64,000 nucleotides of DNA from Vicinamibacteria bacterium. GTDB lineage: Bacteria; Acidobacteriota; Vicinamibacteria; Marinacidobacterales; Marinacidobacteraceae. The notes beneath the pieces were generated by a model that worked only from the letters and a program-made list of their open reading frames with translations, ran no database searches and had not been told where the DNA came from. Of this stretch, positions 62,888 through 64,000 are shown piece after piece (position 1 is the stretch's first letter; the number at the start of each line of letters is the position of its first letter). The position numbers and the translations under genes were made by a program. The stretch covers positions 1,920,001 through 1,984,000 of the forward strand of contig CAXXLQ010000004.1 in assembly GCA_963668695.2 (NCBI GenBank). The letters are read 5' to 3'.

Positions 62888-64000
62888 TCAGCGGATGTCC
62901 CAGCGGTACAGCCGGGACACGTCCTTCACGTAGATCCGCCCGCCGGTCACCGTCGGCTGGGCCCAGGTCTCGCTCTCTGCCACCTCGTAACGCCGGAGCT
63001 CCCTGAGCCCGGTGCGTCCGGCCTCGAAGATCACGAGTTCCGCGTCATCCTCCAACGAGAACACGATGTCTCCGGCGCGCACGAGAGCGGCGTTTTCCGC
63101 CTGGCGCGGGGCGCTTTCCCAAAGCGCCTCTCCGGAATCGAGGTCGAGGGCGAAGTACTGGCCGCTGTTCAGGTGCGAGAGCCCGAACATCACCCCGTCG
63201 CGAACCACTGGGTTCGCCATGTGGAGCGAGAACTCGCCGGTGCTCCACACGTCTTCCGTGGTCCACGCGCCACCGTTGCGAGTCGCCCGCAATGCGACCA
63301 CCCCGTTCGCCCGGCCGTTCTGGATCACGAGATTTCCGTGGAGCACCGGAGTCTGCGAGGTCGTGTTGGAAGGGGTGGTGAACGGCCGGCTCCAGAGAAG
63401 GGTCCCGTCCGCGAAGTCGACCCCGATGAAGTGTTCCTGCGTGAAGGTCACCACCTGTTCCATCCCGTCCAGTTCGAAGAGCATCGGCGACCCGTAGGCG
63501 GGTCCGTCGCCGTCCCAACTCCAGCGCACCTCTCCGGTCTCCGTGTCGAACGCGGTAAGCGCCCCGTCGTTGTGCCCGCCGACGTGGACGATGACGACCC
63601 CCGCGTGAACGAGCGGCGAGGCGCCCGTGTGGTAGAGCGGGATCACCGGGCTCCCGGGCACGTGCCAGAGCTGCTCTCCGGTGGCCGCGTCAAAGGCCGT
63701 CACCGATCCGGTCATCCCGTGGACGAACAACCGTCCCCCGGCGAACGCGGGGGTGGACTTCGGGCCCGGCCCGTGCCGCCGGGTCGCGGAAATCATCTCG
63801 AAAGGAGCGGCATACGCCGAACGCCAGCGGGTCTCTCCGGTCTCGGGATCGAGCGAGAGGAGAACCTCCTCCTCACCCTGGCGGACGAACAGCCAGAGGT
63901 TTCCGTCCACCAGGATGGGTGTCGCGTAGCCCGATCCGACCTCGACCGACCACGCTCGGGAGAGAGTCTCCGGCCAGGCCGCGGGGGCCTCGAAACCGGA
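62888..64000 (-). CDS. PQQ-binding-like beta-propeller protein (5' end outside window)
   Basis: Repeated A.D..TG...W blades, GPKSTP, TWAQP; frame open to window end. Confidence 0.85.
   Translation of the reverse strand, partial: SGFEAPAAWPETLSRAWSVEVGSGYATPILVDGNLWLFVRQGEEEVLLSLDPETGETRWRSAYAAPFEMISATRRHGPGPKSTPAFAGGRLFVHGMTGSVTAFDAATGEQLWHVPGSPVIPLYHTGASPLVHAGVVIVHVGGHNDGALTAFDTETGEVRWSWDGDGPAYGSPMLFELDGMEQVVTFTQEHFIGVDFADGTLLWSRPFTTPSNTTSQTPVLHGNLVIQNGRANGVVALRATRNGGAWTTEDVWSTGEFSLHMANPVVRDGVMFGLSHLNSGQYFALDLDSGEALWESAPRQAENAALVRAGDIVFSLEDDAELVIFEAGRTGLRELRRYEVAESETWAQPTVTGGRIYVKDVSRLYRWDIR

Overview
High-GC bacterial chromosome segment. The gene content (Acidobacteria-type VWA proteins, DUF5916, DUF3014, PQQ propellers) suggests Acidobacteriota, which is an inference. 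It carries about 50 mostly housekeeping or metabolic genes: guaB, secA, comM, ccdA/cytochrome c/TlpA, rnd, phhA, a CCA-type nucleotidyltransferase, mnmA, msrB-tauE-metX-metY, a MoxR/DUF58/BatA cluster, gltX and a Phd-VapC pair. I found no transposase, cas, phage, tRNA or rRNA gene. The notable signal is intergenic: roughly a tenth of the window (about 6-7 kb by hand tally) is a modular repeat system. (1) MITE-like elements with TA-[R-CAGCCTGTGG...CCACAGGCTG-Y]-TA ends, nine of which sit exactly on TAA/TAG stop codons, nest inside one another and build tandem arrays of one end. (2) An 18-nt unit, CCCCACCGGGAG(A/G)ACTGG (about 50 copies), is present or absent at six or more internal positions of these elements, in both orientations. 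(3) Further interchangeable internal bodies and modules. One element sits between a Shine-Dalgarno motif and an ATG, and a 35-nt piece of the element is captured between two identical 40-nt direct repeats. Most ORF-track entries are antisense or repeat-derived artefacts. All counts and alignments were made by eye.
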